From NCBI GenBank assembly GCA_947626065.1, contig CANQQT010000002.1:76197-140196 (forward strand): 64,000 nucleotides of DNA, in the 5' to 3' direction. This stretch comes from an uncultured Clostridia bacterium (lineage in GTDB: Bacteria; Bacillota; Clostridia; Oscillospirales; CAG-272). Position 1 is the first letter of the stretch, and the number at the start of each line of letters is the position of its first letter. The notes beneath the pieces were generated by a model. That model made no database searches. It was given only the letters and a program-made list of their open reading frames with translations, and had not been told where the DNA came from. This document shows, piece by piece, positions 27,911-36,971 of this stretch. Made by a program: the position numbers and the translations under genes.

Positions 27911-30028
27911 TTATGAATCTTTTTTCTTTTCATGAGAATCCAGATTTTTCCACGCTTTCAGATCGTTGTGCTGTTTGGCGATATCGTTTCTGTTCGGGGA
28001 ATACCGGTACCCAAGCGTTCTCATATACATATTCCATCGCATATGCTCCGACACGGCCTCTCTTGCACAATCTTCACACGTGCATCCCGCCGGGTGGTCG
28101 GGCTTCCCCTCCCCGCTATCCGATGCAAGATACTTCTTTGCCTCGGCAAGTAGCTCCTCATGCGTTGCTCTCGCGACAGACGATTTTCTGTAGTATTCGT
28201 AATCCATATACCCCTTCGTTTTCTCAATAATCGACTCCCCGAGGGCCTTTGTATCCTCCGACCCCCTGTCCTTTTGGGTCACCGCATCCCTTCTTGTCCA
28301 ATCGAGATGATACCGCAGAGCCTTATCCTCGATTTTCTTCTCTTCGCGAATCCTGTCGTAGGAATATTGATAGCCGAGATTGCCTATAAAGTCAATTCCG
28401 AGGGGCTCCCCGCGATAATTGACGATCCCTCTGCCCTGATTGCAGGTCAGGTTGGCGGCCTTTCTGTCGTCGTAAACGACGGAATAGATCAACGGCTTCT
28501 TCGGCTTCTTCGATGAGTCGGCGTCCCCGGCGCTCGAGCAGAGCCTTTCAAACAGGGTGCGGAGCATCACGGCGGCGTCTATGTTTTTGTCGTCTTCCCC
28601 CAAGGCGACAAACGCAATCCGCGTCCTGCGCAGTCGTTCGCCCGTCTCATTCTCCGCCTCAAACAGTCGGTCAAAATCGGAGGAAAAGCAATCCACTCCG
28701 TCAAAGAACCGGATATCGTAGCAGGAATCTCCTTTCACATCCTTCACAAAGCTCCGAACCTCGTAACCGGAAGCTTCGTCCTTCTCCCCCGCGCGATTCC
28801 TTGGTTCCGTATCGGTGATGATTTCCGGCCATTCCTGCCCCAGTCTTTTCAGCAGATTCTTTTTGCCGCCCTTTTCCTCAAAGGACGCGTCAAAGACGTT
28901 GACCTCCACCTTATATCCGAAAAACTGAAACGTCGACAGCGCCTGCTTCAAAAATTCCTTCCCGTAGCTACCCATTCCGAGAATCGTGAAGGAAAACCTC
29001 CTCTCCGCATTGTCCTCAAAGGCGGCGTCCACGGTTTCTGTCCGCTTGAGCACCTGCTGTACCAGCATCTCTACGCAATCGATTCTTCGGAGGTAGAAGC
29101 CGGAATCGACTGTCTTCTCGCTGTAGAGCTTTTCTTCCAAAAACACCCACGGGTTTTCCTTGATGCTTGCCTCCAGCGTTTTATCCAGTGTGTATTTTCC
29201 CTTGTCCAGAGAATCGAGAATATACCCCGCGCTCGGCTTATTGGAAAAGACGAAAATCGCGATAGGACGGATTGCGCAGTCGTTTTTGTACTCCTCCGTC
29301 AGCTTGATCGCCTGTTCCATGTTTTCGGATTCGTCTTTTCCAATCAGGAAGAACTCCACCCGGTCTTCTTTGGCCTTGACGTTGACCCGGGTGATATCCT
29401 TTTTCAGCAGAATGGCATTGACGTCATGCGCTCTTAACCGGAGCTCATAGTCCTCCTCCTCGTCCCTCTCGAAAACGTCGGTAAAAACGATGACCGGCTT
29501 TTTTATTTCTTTGTCTTTTTTGATGCTTTCCGCCATCGTGATCGACATTTCGTTCAGTTCGGAAAAAATATAGAAGGGCCTCTTTTTCTTCCACGAGAAC
29601 AAAAACTCATTTCTTGCGTTTTTGAAGAGGGAAAGAACGTTGCTGAAGGTAAGAAGCGGCGCCAGAACGTACAGCAGGGCCGCGTAGAGCGAAAAGAGAA
29701 TATGCGGAAGCTCCCCGACCCCCGCGACGGCATTCCGGACGGCGTCAAATTCCCCGTCGAGGATGAACACGCGGAGGGCGTGGTGTACAGAAATCAGAAA
29801 CGGCCTCGCCACCGCGAAGGAGTCCCCGAAATCGTATCCCACATAATAAACCGGGACAAAGACAAAAACCGTCGCGGCAAAGACCCCGAGGGTAAAAATA
29901 TGAAGCGCGGAAAGCACTCTTTTCCCGCGTTCCTTTCCTTTGTAGGCTTTTCTTGCAAGAAAACCGGCCGCAATCAGAACGGCAAATGAAAGCAGACCGA
30001 ATACGGTATATAATACATTCTCTTTCAT
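27911..30028 (-). CDS. membrane protein with Rossmann-like (GxGxxG) modules and C-terminal RyR-like domain
   Basis: N-terminal ~5 hydrophobic helices. FTILGMGSYGKEFLKQAL dinucleotide-fold motif. C-terminal VSEHMRWNMYMRTLGYRYSPNRNDIAKQHNDLKAWKNLDSHEKKKD is RyR-like. Start set to ATG 30028 (GGAGAAAATT upstream) rather than the TTG at 30079. Confidence 0.7.
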   Translation of the reverse strand: MKENVLYTVFGLLSFAVLIAAGFLARKAYKGKERGKRVLSALHIFTLGVFAATVFVFVPVYYVGYDFGDSFAVARPFLISVHHALRVFILDGEFDAVRNAVAGVGELPHILFSLYAALLYVLAPLLTFSNVLSLFKNARNEFLFSWKKKRPFYIFSELNEMSITMAESIKKDKEIKKPVIVFTDVFERDEEEDYELRLRAHDVNAILLKKDITRVNVKAKEDRVEFFLIGKDESENMEQAIKLTEEYKNDCAIRPIAIFVFSNKPSAGYILDSLDKGKYTLDKTLEASIKENPWVFLEEKLYSEKTVDSGFYLRRIDCVEMLVQQVLKRTETVDAAFEDNAERRFSFTILGMGSYGKEFLKQALSTFQFFGYKVEVNVFDASFEEKGGKKNLLKRLGQEWPEIITDTEPRNRAGEKDEASGYEVRSFVKDVKGDSCYDIRFFDGVDCFSSDFDRLFEAENETGERLRRTRIAFVALGEDDKNIDAAVMLRTLFERLCSSAGDADSSKKPKKPLIYSVVYDDRKAANLTCNQGRGIVNYRGEPLGIDFIGNLGYQYSYDRIREEKKIEDKALRYHLDWTRRDAVTQKDRGSEDTKALGESIIEKTKGYMDYEYYRKSSVARATHEELLAEAKKYLASDSGEGKPDHPAGCTCEDCAREAVSEHMRWNMYMRTLGYRYSPNRNDIAKQHNDLKAWKNLDSHEKKKDS

Positions 30029-30085
30029 AATTTTCTCCACTGAGGCGGACGCCGTCCCGTTACGTACGGCGTCCGCCAACCGCTC

Positions 30086-33000
30086 TTACAGATTTGGATC
30101 CCCGTTTTTGCTTTCCTGAAAAACTTCCGCAATTTCTTCCCCGGTGAGATGATTTTCCGACAGCAGTCTTTCGACCAGCTTATCGATGGAGGCTCTGTTC
30201 TCCTCAATCAGCCGGGCGGCCTTGCCCATTTCTTCCGAAAGAATCGCGTTCACCGCCCGCCGAACCTCTCCGGCAAGCTCCCCCGTCGCCGCCTCCTGCG
30301 GCCCTATCACGGCGAGGCCGATCGTCTCATCCATTCCGTAAGAACAGATGAGCTGCCGGGCCATCTCGGTCGCGGAGGCAAGGTCGCCGCTCGCGCCTGT
30401 GGACAGCCCTTCCCTTTCCCCGTAGTAAACGAGCTCCGCGGCGCGGCCTCCGAGGGAGGTTCTTATTCTGGAAAGCAGCTCGTCCTTTGTATAGATCGCC
30501 TTCCCTTCGTTGTCCCCGTGCTGCATATACCCGCCGTGATTGCCTCTTGCGACAACCGTGACGTAGGAGGGCGTTTCCCCGCTCTGCCAGCAGAGGAAGG
30601 CGTGTCCCGCCTCGTGTCTTGCGACTCTTTCAAGCTGAGAGGGAGCCCAGCTTTTCACCTCGCCGCCGATGAAGGTTTCAAACGCCTCCTCAAAGACGGC
30701 GTCGGTCACCTTGAGGTTTCCGTCCCGGATGGCGGTACGGAGCGAGAGCTCGATCACCGATTCAAGCTCCGCCAGACTCATGCCCGTCGACCGAACGGCG
30801 ATGCTGGCGATTTTATCCTCCGAGAGCTCAAAGGCCGCCCTCTCCGAAAGCTTTCCGCGAATATACCGCACTCTCTCGTCCCGCGTGGGCAGGTCTATGT
30901 ACACCCTTCGGTCAAAGCGGCGCAGCAGCGCGGGATCCAGACTTTTCTCCCCTCCCGGCTCAATGTCGAAATTTGTCGCCGCAAGCACGAAGACGGGGCG
31001 GGCGGTGTCGGTCTTGAACCCGTCCATTTCGGTAAGAAAGGCGGTAAGCGTCGCTTCCGTTCCTCCGGAAAGCTCCCCGCCCCTTCTTTCCTTGGCGATG
31101 GCGTCAATTTCATCGACAAACAAAATGGCCGGGGCGTATTTTCTCGCGGTGCGGAAGAGCTCATGAACCTTGTCGGGGCCCTCTCCCACGAACTTTTTTA
31201 AGAACTGATTCCCCTCCGCGGTGATGAAGGTCACGTCGGATTCGCTCGCCATCGCCTTGGCAAGCATGGTTTTCCCGGTTCCGGGAGGGCCGTACAGAAG
31301 GACTCCCTTCGGCGCGCTGACGCCGGTTCCCATATACTTTTTGGGATCCTTCAGGTATTCGACAAAATACCGCAGCTCCTTTTTCGCGTCCTCGGCGCCG
31401 ATCACCTGATCGAAGCGGACGTCGGGCCTTGAGATGCTACTGAGGATGTTTTTGGAATCCTCCGCCTCGATGGCGACGGTCATTTCAAAGTCAAACAGCT
31501 TGATTTCCGCCGTTTGGCCCTTGTTCTTGATCCGCTGTGCGGTTTCAAAGGTAACCAGCTTGTTGGCCTTCGCCAGCGTCTCCATGCTCCTCTGCTGATG
31601 AAGCTTTTCGTTCACCGCTTCAATCTCTTTTGCAAAGCCTTCCCGGCCCTTGGTGAGCGTAATGACCCCCCGAACACCCTGCCGGAGGAAGGAGAGCTGC
31701 TCTTCATACGCCAACTCTTTCTCCTGTAGCTGCAACAGATAGATCGGAACGTCGGAATGCGCCCCACGCATATACCAGAAGAAATCCCTTGCGTCAGACT
31801 CCACGTCCTCAATATTGAGGTATTTGAGCTCCCCGCGTTGACCGTAGGTGGGATCGATGAGAAGGTAGCTCACCCCGTTTTCGCGGAGGGCCTTTTTGGC
31901 ATCCTCCACCGTTCCTGCATAAAGGAACCGCGTGCCCGGCTCCTTTTGAACGCACTGCTCATAGACCGGCCGGGAGGAGAAGACAAGAACTTCCTGCGTA
32001 TCCTGCTTCTCAAAAAGCCCATACAGCTCCTTATTCTCTCTGGGAAGCTCCACACGGATGTCTATCTTTTCGAGCTTTTCCACGCCGGCGTTTGATTTTC
32101 TTGACTCAAGCAGACGGAAAAGCTCAAACAGCTCGTCGTCGAAGAAGGCCTCCGCCCGGCTCCGTACCGTTCTTGCGTCGGCGGCGCCGCCCTCCGCAAA
32201 GAGAAGCGCCGTGTATACCTTCTCGTCAATATCGACCTTGATTCCAATCTCCTTCTCAAAGTTCGAGGCGTGTCTTTTCACCTCCCGCCGTGCGATTTCG
32301 CAGAGGTTATGCGCGGTGATATGATTGAACATCACCACATTTCCGGAAGCAAAGCGGGAGCAAATCGCGGCGGGAAAATAGGGAGTCCCCGTCGCCGGAT
32401 TGACGTCGTTCTGAAGAGCCTTCAAAATGACCTTTCTCGTCACGCCGGAAAGATCCGTCGTTTCCGCGCTCTCATAAAGCTGTTTCCCGGCGTTGGTGGT
32501 GAAAATGATGATGGCGTCCTTAAAGGAAACCTCTTTATCGGTAAAATTATCGCGCAGTCTTCCGGCATCCAGCATCTGTAGGAACAGATGAATGACGTTG
32601 AGGTGCGCCTTTTCGATTTCGTCGAAGAGAACGACGCAGTGAGGATGCTTGGCCACAAAGGAGGTTACGTTGCCCTCCTTGGCGTTCTTGTAGACGTTAT
32701 CCGCGCCGCAGAACTCAATATCCGCCTCTTTGTTGGAATACTCGCTCATGTCAAAGCGCATGAACGGCAGTCCCAAAAGCGCCGCCGCCTCTTCCGCCAA
32801 AAAGGTTTTTCCCACGCCGGGAGGGCCCGCGAAGAGGAAGGTAGCGCGGGGCCGCTTTCTGTTTACGTCGGTAAGCGCCAAAAGCTCCGCCTGAAAATAT
32901 CCCGCCGTGAAGACGCTGACCGCGTTATCCTGACCGAACACCGACGACAGAAGCGCGTCCTGTATGCCGGTGACCCTTCTCGTCAGCTTGGCAACCGCGG

Positions 33001-33586
33001 TTTTCGGATCCTCCTCCGGCTCCTCGTCCGGCTTTTTGTCATCCTCAGCGCCGCCCGCGCTGTCCGTGTCGCCGTCAAAAATGGCCTTTGAAATATCCTC
33101 CACTGGGATTCCTTCTACGCCGGTTTCCCCCGTGTCGCCGATTTCTTCGATGTCGTCGACACCGCCCTCGGCGGCCCTTCTCGCCTTGAGGAGAAAGCCC
33201 GCGATATTTTCATTCGGATCCCTGAAAATACTTTCCAGAAGCGCGTCCGCCGTCAGGCAATCGCTTTTTTTCTTTTGGGCGGCCTCTCTGGCCTCAAACA
33301 TATGCTTCTGAAAATACAGGGCGTCCATATACGAGGGGAGGCGCAGCGTCTCGAGGTACTCCATCGCATAGGCTCTGACGCTGGAAAGATCCCGAATTTT
33401 TGAGGAAAGGAGCGTTTTCATTGCCCTTCCTTCCTCTCCCAGCTCGCTCTCCTTCGCCTCCGTCACAAAATCAATGACGGCGACAAGATACCGTTCCGCC
33501 GTCACGGTCTTCTTTTGATCTTCGGTCAAATTCTCTGCATACTCGATCAGATCGTCGAGCAGATCGCTGTTTTTTACTTCTGCCAT
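30086..33586 (-). CDS. soluble Clp_N-like / ClpB-D2-type AAA+ / FtsH-type AAA+ / M41 metalloprotease fusion
   Basis: VFGQDNAV...FLFAGPPGVGKTFLAEE...VVLFDEIEKAH (Clp D2-type). Then LLYGPPGTGKTMLAKA...ILFVDEIDAI...LLRRFDRRVYIDLP (FtsH-type). Then HEAGHAF (HExxH of M41). No TM helices seen. Start trimmed to ATG 33586 after GAGGAGAGG. Confidence 0.88.
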   Translation of the reverse strand: MAEVKNSDLLDDLIEYAENLTEDQKKTVTAERYLVAVIDFVTEAKESELGEEGRAMKTLLSSKIRDLSSVRAYAMEYLETLRLPSYMDALYFQKHMFEAREAAQKKKSDCLTADALLESIFRDPNENIAGFLLKARRAAEGGVDDIEEIGDTGETGVEGIPVEDISKAIFDGDTDSAGGAEDDKKPDEEPEEDPKTAVAKLTRRVTGIQDALLSSVFGQDNAVSVFTAGYFQAELLALTDVNRKRPRATFLFAGPPGVGKTFLAEEAAALLGLPFMRFDMSEYSNKEADIEFCGADNVYKNAKEGNVTSFVAKHPHCVVLFDEIEKAHLNVIHLFLQMLDAGRLRDNFTDKEVSFKDAIIIFTTNAGKQLYESAETTDLSGVTRKVILKALQNDVNPATGTPYFPAAICSRFASGNVVMFNHITAHNLCEIARREVKRHASNFEKEIGIKVDIDEKVYTALLFAEGGAADARTVRSRAEAFFDDELFELFRLLESRKSNAGVEKLEKIDIRVELPRENKELYGLFEKQDTQEVLVFSSRPVYEQCVQKEPGTRFLYAGTVEDAKKALRENGVSYLLIDPTYGQRGELKYLNIEDVESDARDFFWYMRGAHSDVPIYLLQLQEKELAYEEQLSFLRQGVRGVITLTKGREGFAKEIEAVNEKLHQQRSMETLAKANKLVTFETAQRIKNKGQTAEIKLFDFEMTVAIEAEDSKNILSSISRPDVRFDQVIGAEDAKKELRYFVEYLKDPKKYMGTGVSAPKGVLLYGPPGTGKTMLAKAMASESDVTFITAEGNQFLKKFVGEGPDKVHELFRTARKYAPAILFVDEIDAIAKERRGGELSGGTEATLTAFLTEMDGFKTDTARPVFVLAATNFDIEPGGEKSLDPALLRRFDRRVYIDLPTRDERVRYIRGKLSERAAFELSEDKIASIAVRSTGMSLAELESVIELSLRTAIRDGNLKVTDAVFEEAFETFIGGEVKSWAPSQLERVARHEAGHAFLCWQSGETPSYVTVVARGNHGGYMQHGDNEGKAIYTKDELLSRIRTSLGGRAAELVYYGEREGLSTGASGDLASATEMARQLICSYGMDETIGLAVIGPQEAATGELAGEVRRAVNAILSEEMGKAARLIEENRASIDKLVERLLSENHLTGEEIAEVFQESKNGDPNL

Positions 33587-33676
33587 TTTCCTCTCCTCTT
33601 TCCCATGGATAGCCGCCCCTTGTCCTGACGGTTCTTCCGGGGACTTCCCGTGCTTTCGCCGCACTTTCTTTTCTCG

Positions 33677-34468
33677 TTATCGGTAAAATTGATCCGCGTA
33701 CTCCCAATAGTATTCCTGAAGGGTTTCGTCAAGATAGCCTAAACCCTCTTCCTGAAGCTCCTCAGGGATTCCGAAATACGCCTCCGCGATGGCGCCCGCC
33801 ATGGCCGCCTGCGTGTCGGCGTCGCCCCCGAGAGAAACGGCACAACGGACGGCGTCCTCATAATCCTCCGCTTCAAGAAAGCATTCGATCGCCTGTGGAA
33901 CGCTTCCCTGACAGGTGACGTCGAACCGGTATCCCTCCCGGATTTCGTCGAGGGTAAAGTCAAGGTCATAGTATTTCTCTTCTATATACTGCTTGATTTC
34001 CTCTTTGCTGGAACCGGTTCTGGCAAGGAAAACGGCGGCCGCGACGGCCTGCGCACCCTTTATGCCCTCCGGGTGATTGTGCGTCACCTCCGCGCTCCAT
34101 TTGGCGAGCTCCTCCACGTCGTCAAGCTCGTCCACTGCGTAGGCAACCGGCGAGACGCGCATGGCGGAGCCGTTGCCGAAGCTGTTGTACGCCCCCATGC
34201 TGTCGCTCATCAACCACCGATAAAACATTCCCCCGTAGCCGGCGTCGCTGTAAATCCTTCCGAGCTCCCTCATCTTTTCGACGAGCTTTCTTTTGAACTC
34301 CTCCTCTTGGCTACAGTCCGCCTCTATACACGCGCACCCCACGGCGATCGTCATAATGCTGTCGTCGGTGGGTCTGCTATGAGAGGAAAAGAAAGGAAAA
34401 TCCTTTGTCTTATCCGAACCGATTTCATAGACGGAACCTACGATATCCCCGATAATTGCTCCCAACAT
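33677..34468 (-). CDS. ADP-ribosylglycohydrolase family protein
   Basis: MLGAIIGDIVGSVYE...PTDDSIMT...GNGSAMRVSPVA...GGDADTQAAMAGAIAEA are classic ARH/DraG-family motifs. Confidence 0.88.
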   Translation of the reverse strand: MLGAIIGDIVGSVYEIGSDKTKDFPFFSSHSRPTDDSIMTIAVGCACIEADCSQEEEFKRKLVEKMRELGRIYSDAGYGGMFYRWLMSDSMGAYNSFGNGSAMRVSPVAYAVDELDDVEELAKWSAEVTHNHPEGIKGAQAVAAAVFLARTGSSKEEIKQYIEEKYYDLDFTLDEIREGYRFDVTCQGSVPQAIECFLEAEDYEDAVRCAVSLGGDADTQAAMAGAIAEAYFGIPEELQEEGLGYLDETLQEYYWEYADQFYR

Positions 34469-34599
34469 TTTTCTATTCTCCCTGTCTAGGCCGCCCTTCC
34501 GGCGACCGGTATTTTTTCATGGTTTTTTTGGATCGAGCGGCCCTGACCGCTCCGGAAAAGAGGGAAGCGCTTCCCGCGTTTCCCTTTTCTCCCTCGTTT

Positions 34600-36786
34600 T
34601 TACCGCAAATACGGAAGCAACCGGCTCCGGAATTCGCTCATTTTCACGATTTCCCTCTGCCTCAGCTGCCCCGGCAACCTTCCCTTGTCCCCGACAATAT
34701 CGTCGGCCAACAGCAGAACCAAATTGCCCTTTTTGCGCCCTTCCCGGATTTCGTTATTGAACGTGCTCCATTCGTCCTTCACCCACGCGGTTTTCAGATA
34801 GTCGGGATTCGACCCGATCAGAACCATGTGGCGGGAACGGTCGAGCGCTTCAAAAATCATCTCCTCATATTCGCTTTCGCCGAGGCGTGGGAGGGTTTCC
34901 TTTGAGTAGAAAACCTCCTTTCCGCTCTGCGTCAGATAGTCGTAAACCTTCTTCGCGAGAATTTCGTCCTCCGACTTGAACGACAGAAAGACGTCGTATT
35001 CCCCCGACCTTGGCAGGGCCTGTCCCAGATAAATCTTAAGCGCCTCGCCGACGAGGGAATTTTCCCCCGGCACGGCCTCCCCGTCAAGGGCGCTCAGCTC
35101 CGCGATACGGCTTATGCATTTGTCGGCGATTTCGCCCTTCAGGCCCATGTGCTTGCAATAATTCAACACCCGCTCATACCCGAGAATCAGATCCGACCGG
35201 CTCCCGCTCGGCGGCGGATCCTTCAAAATATCCTCAAACAGGGCGATGGCGGCCTCTCCGTGCTCGGCGATCTTGCTCTCCTTGGCCTCCTGCCCGCTCG
35301 CCTCTTTTTCGGTTCCTCTTTCGTTGGTTTCTACTGTATACCGTGCGTTTTCAAACCGGGAAAGAAGATCCTCAAGGCGAGAGGAGTCCTTCGCCTCCGC
35401 GCCGTCGGAGGAAAGCGTGTCGAAGCCTGTCAGCTTTTTCCTTGCAAGCTCCCGGACGGCATCGGCGTCCATCCCCAGATATGCACAGCAGATAGCGAAC
35501 TGATCCAGCAAAACCTCGCCGCTGTCCCCGCCGTCAAGAAGATTCAGCGCCTCCACCGACCGCTCCAGAGCCTCTTCATACCTCTTCATGTCCAGAAGAA
35601 TGCTGATCCACTTGATGCGGGAAAGCCTGCACACCTCAGCGTCAAGGAAGGCGCCCCGGGAAACGGCAAAAACCTCCTCGCAGAGGGCGAGATGGGCCTC
35701 CTGCCACTGCCTTGCCTGATCGTACATTTTCAGGCAGAGGTAGTTTTCCACCTTTTTGGAAAAGGCCTTAAGCTCCGTCTCCGCAGAGAGGAGCTTGCTT
35801 ATTTTTCCCGCCAGCTTATCGGCGGCGGCTTCGATGTCCCCGTTTTCCACAAGCTCACAGCTCAGAGCCGCGATTCGGCTTCCGACCTCGGAGGCGCTGT
35901 CAAGCTTCACCCCATCCTCAAAGACGGGGAAAAGAAGCGTTCCGTTCTTTTCTGCGCTCTCAAGGGCAAACAGCGTCTCCCTCATCACCTCCGCGCTGTT
36001 CAGCGCGTTGTCCGTAATGACGGGAACGACTATTTTGGCGTTCTGTATGGCGCTTGTCATCGCCTTGTCCCAATCGGCGGACGCGGCCGGCTGCCTATCG
36101 TCGAAAACCGAGATTCCCTTCTCCGAAAGCGCGCGGCAAATGGAGGAATGGAGTGCGGCGTCCTTCTTTGCGCAGGAGACGAACACCTCCGCATACCGCA
36201 GCTCCTTCTCCTTATTCAGGGCATAGTCGTTTATAATGCTTTCATACTGCTTGTATAAGCTCCGATAATCAAACAGCGACCCTTCGCCTCCGTAGACCAC
36301 CACGCGGTCAAAGGCGGACGAATACTTTAGATAGCTCTGCTTCACGTCGCGCCCGGTCTCAAAGCGAACCCTTGCTTCCTCCTCGGTGATGTTGTCCAGT
36401 CTTGCGATGATGCCCCTCAGCGTCTCGTCGTCTATGTAGGCATAAACCAGACAGACCTTGTCCGCATATACGCGCTTGATTTCGGCGAGGAAGGAGATGT
36501 CCTTTGTCGACAACGTGAGCAGACTGTTGACCTTATCGCAAACCGCGTCGGAGATTTGCTGCTGATTGAAGCCGACCCGGATGCCTCCCACCTCATAGCG
36601 GAACAGGGAGTCGGTGTTTTCTGTAAACTCCTCCTCCGACACATACTTGCGGGTACCGTATTTGGTTGTCAGCCGGGGCGCTACGGCATAGTTGTATTTC
36701 TCTACAATCTGAAAGCCTGCGTTTTTAAAATAATCGCGGCTGTTTTGCCCCATTTCCGCAATGGCTCCGTAAAGTATCAATAACAT
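34600..36786 (-). CDS. guanylate-kinase-like (degenerate P-loop) / TIR-like / helical / TIR protein
   Basis: C-terminal TIR YDVFLSFKSEDEILAKKVYDYLTQSGKEVFYSK...TAWVKDEWSTF. Central TIR-like EVFVSCAKKDAALHSSICRALSEKGISVFDD. The N-terminal ~190 aa resemble guanylate kinase (YVSEEEFTENTDSLFRYEVGGIRVGF) but have GAIAEMGQNS where the Walker A motif would be. Start trimmed to ATG 36786 after GGGAGGG. Confidence 0.8.
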   Translation of the reverse strand: MLLILYGAIAEMGQNSRDYFKNAGFQIVEKYNYAVAPRLTTKYGTRKYVSEEEFTENTDSLFRYEVGGIRVGFNQQQISDAVCDKVNSLLTLSTKDISFLAEIKRVYADKVCLVYAYIDDETLRGIIARLDNITEEEARVRFETGRDVKQSYLKYSSAFDRVVVYGGEGSLFDYRSLYKQYESIINDYALNKEKELRYAEVFVSCAKKDAALHSSICRALSEKGISVFDDRQPAASADWDKAMTSAIQNAKIVVPVITDNALNSAEVMRETLFALESAEKNGTLLFPVFEDGVKLDSASEVGSRIAALSCELVENGDIEAAADKLAGKISKLLSAETELKAFSKKVENYLCLKMYDQARQWQEAHLALCEEVFAVSRGAFLDAEVCRLSRIKWISILLDMKRYEEALERSVEALNLLDGGDSGEVLLDQFAICCAYLGMDADAVRELARKKLTGFDTLSSDGAEAKDSSRLEDLLSRFENARYTVETNERGTEKEASGQEAKESKIAEHGEAAIALFEDILKDPPPSGSRSDLILGYERVLNYCKHMGLKGEIADKCISRIAELSALDGEAVPGENSLVGEALKIYLGQALPRSGEYDVFLSFKSEDEILAKKVYDYLTQSGKEVFYSKETLPRLGESEYEEMIFEALDRSRHMVLIGSNPDYLKTAWVKDEWSTFNNEIREGRKKGNLVLLLADDIVGDKGRLPGQLRQREIVKMSEFRSRLLPYLR

Positions 36787-36816
36787 CCTTGTCCCTCCCG
36801 GAACATTTCCTACGCA

Positions 36817-36928
36817 AGCGGATTTCTCCACACGCGGATTTTTCCGCACGCGGATTTCTCCGCAAGCGGGTTTCTCCGCACGCGGATTTCTCCACACGCG
36901 GATTTCTCCGCACGCGGATTTCTCCGCC
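36817..36928. repeat. tandem repeat, 7 units of 16 bp (CGCGGATTTCTCCGCA)
   Basis: Units read directly at 36817, 36833, 36849, 36865, 36881, 36897 and 36913. The array starts 31 bp upstream of the TIR gene start and creates the false N-terminal extension of ORF 34600..36897. Confidence 0.9.
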
Positions 36929-36971
36929 TATTCGCGTCCATCCGCCGAAAAACGGGGAATGACCGCAAGCG

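Noticed and set aside
36817-36928. Considered whether the tandem arrays (634-708, 11271-11420, 36817-36928) could be CRISPR arrays.
   Set aside because: The units are 14-16 bp and directly contiguous with no spacers, and no cas genes are present. They are minisatellites, not CRISPRs.
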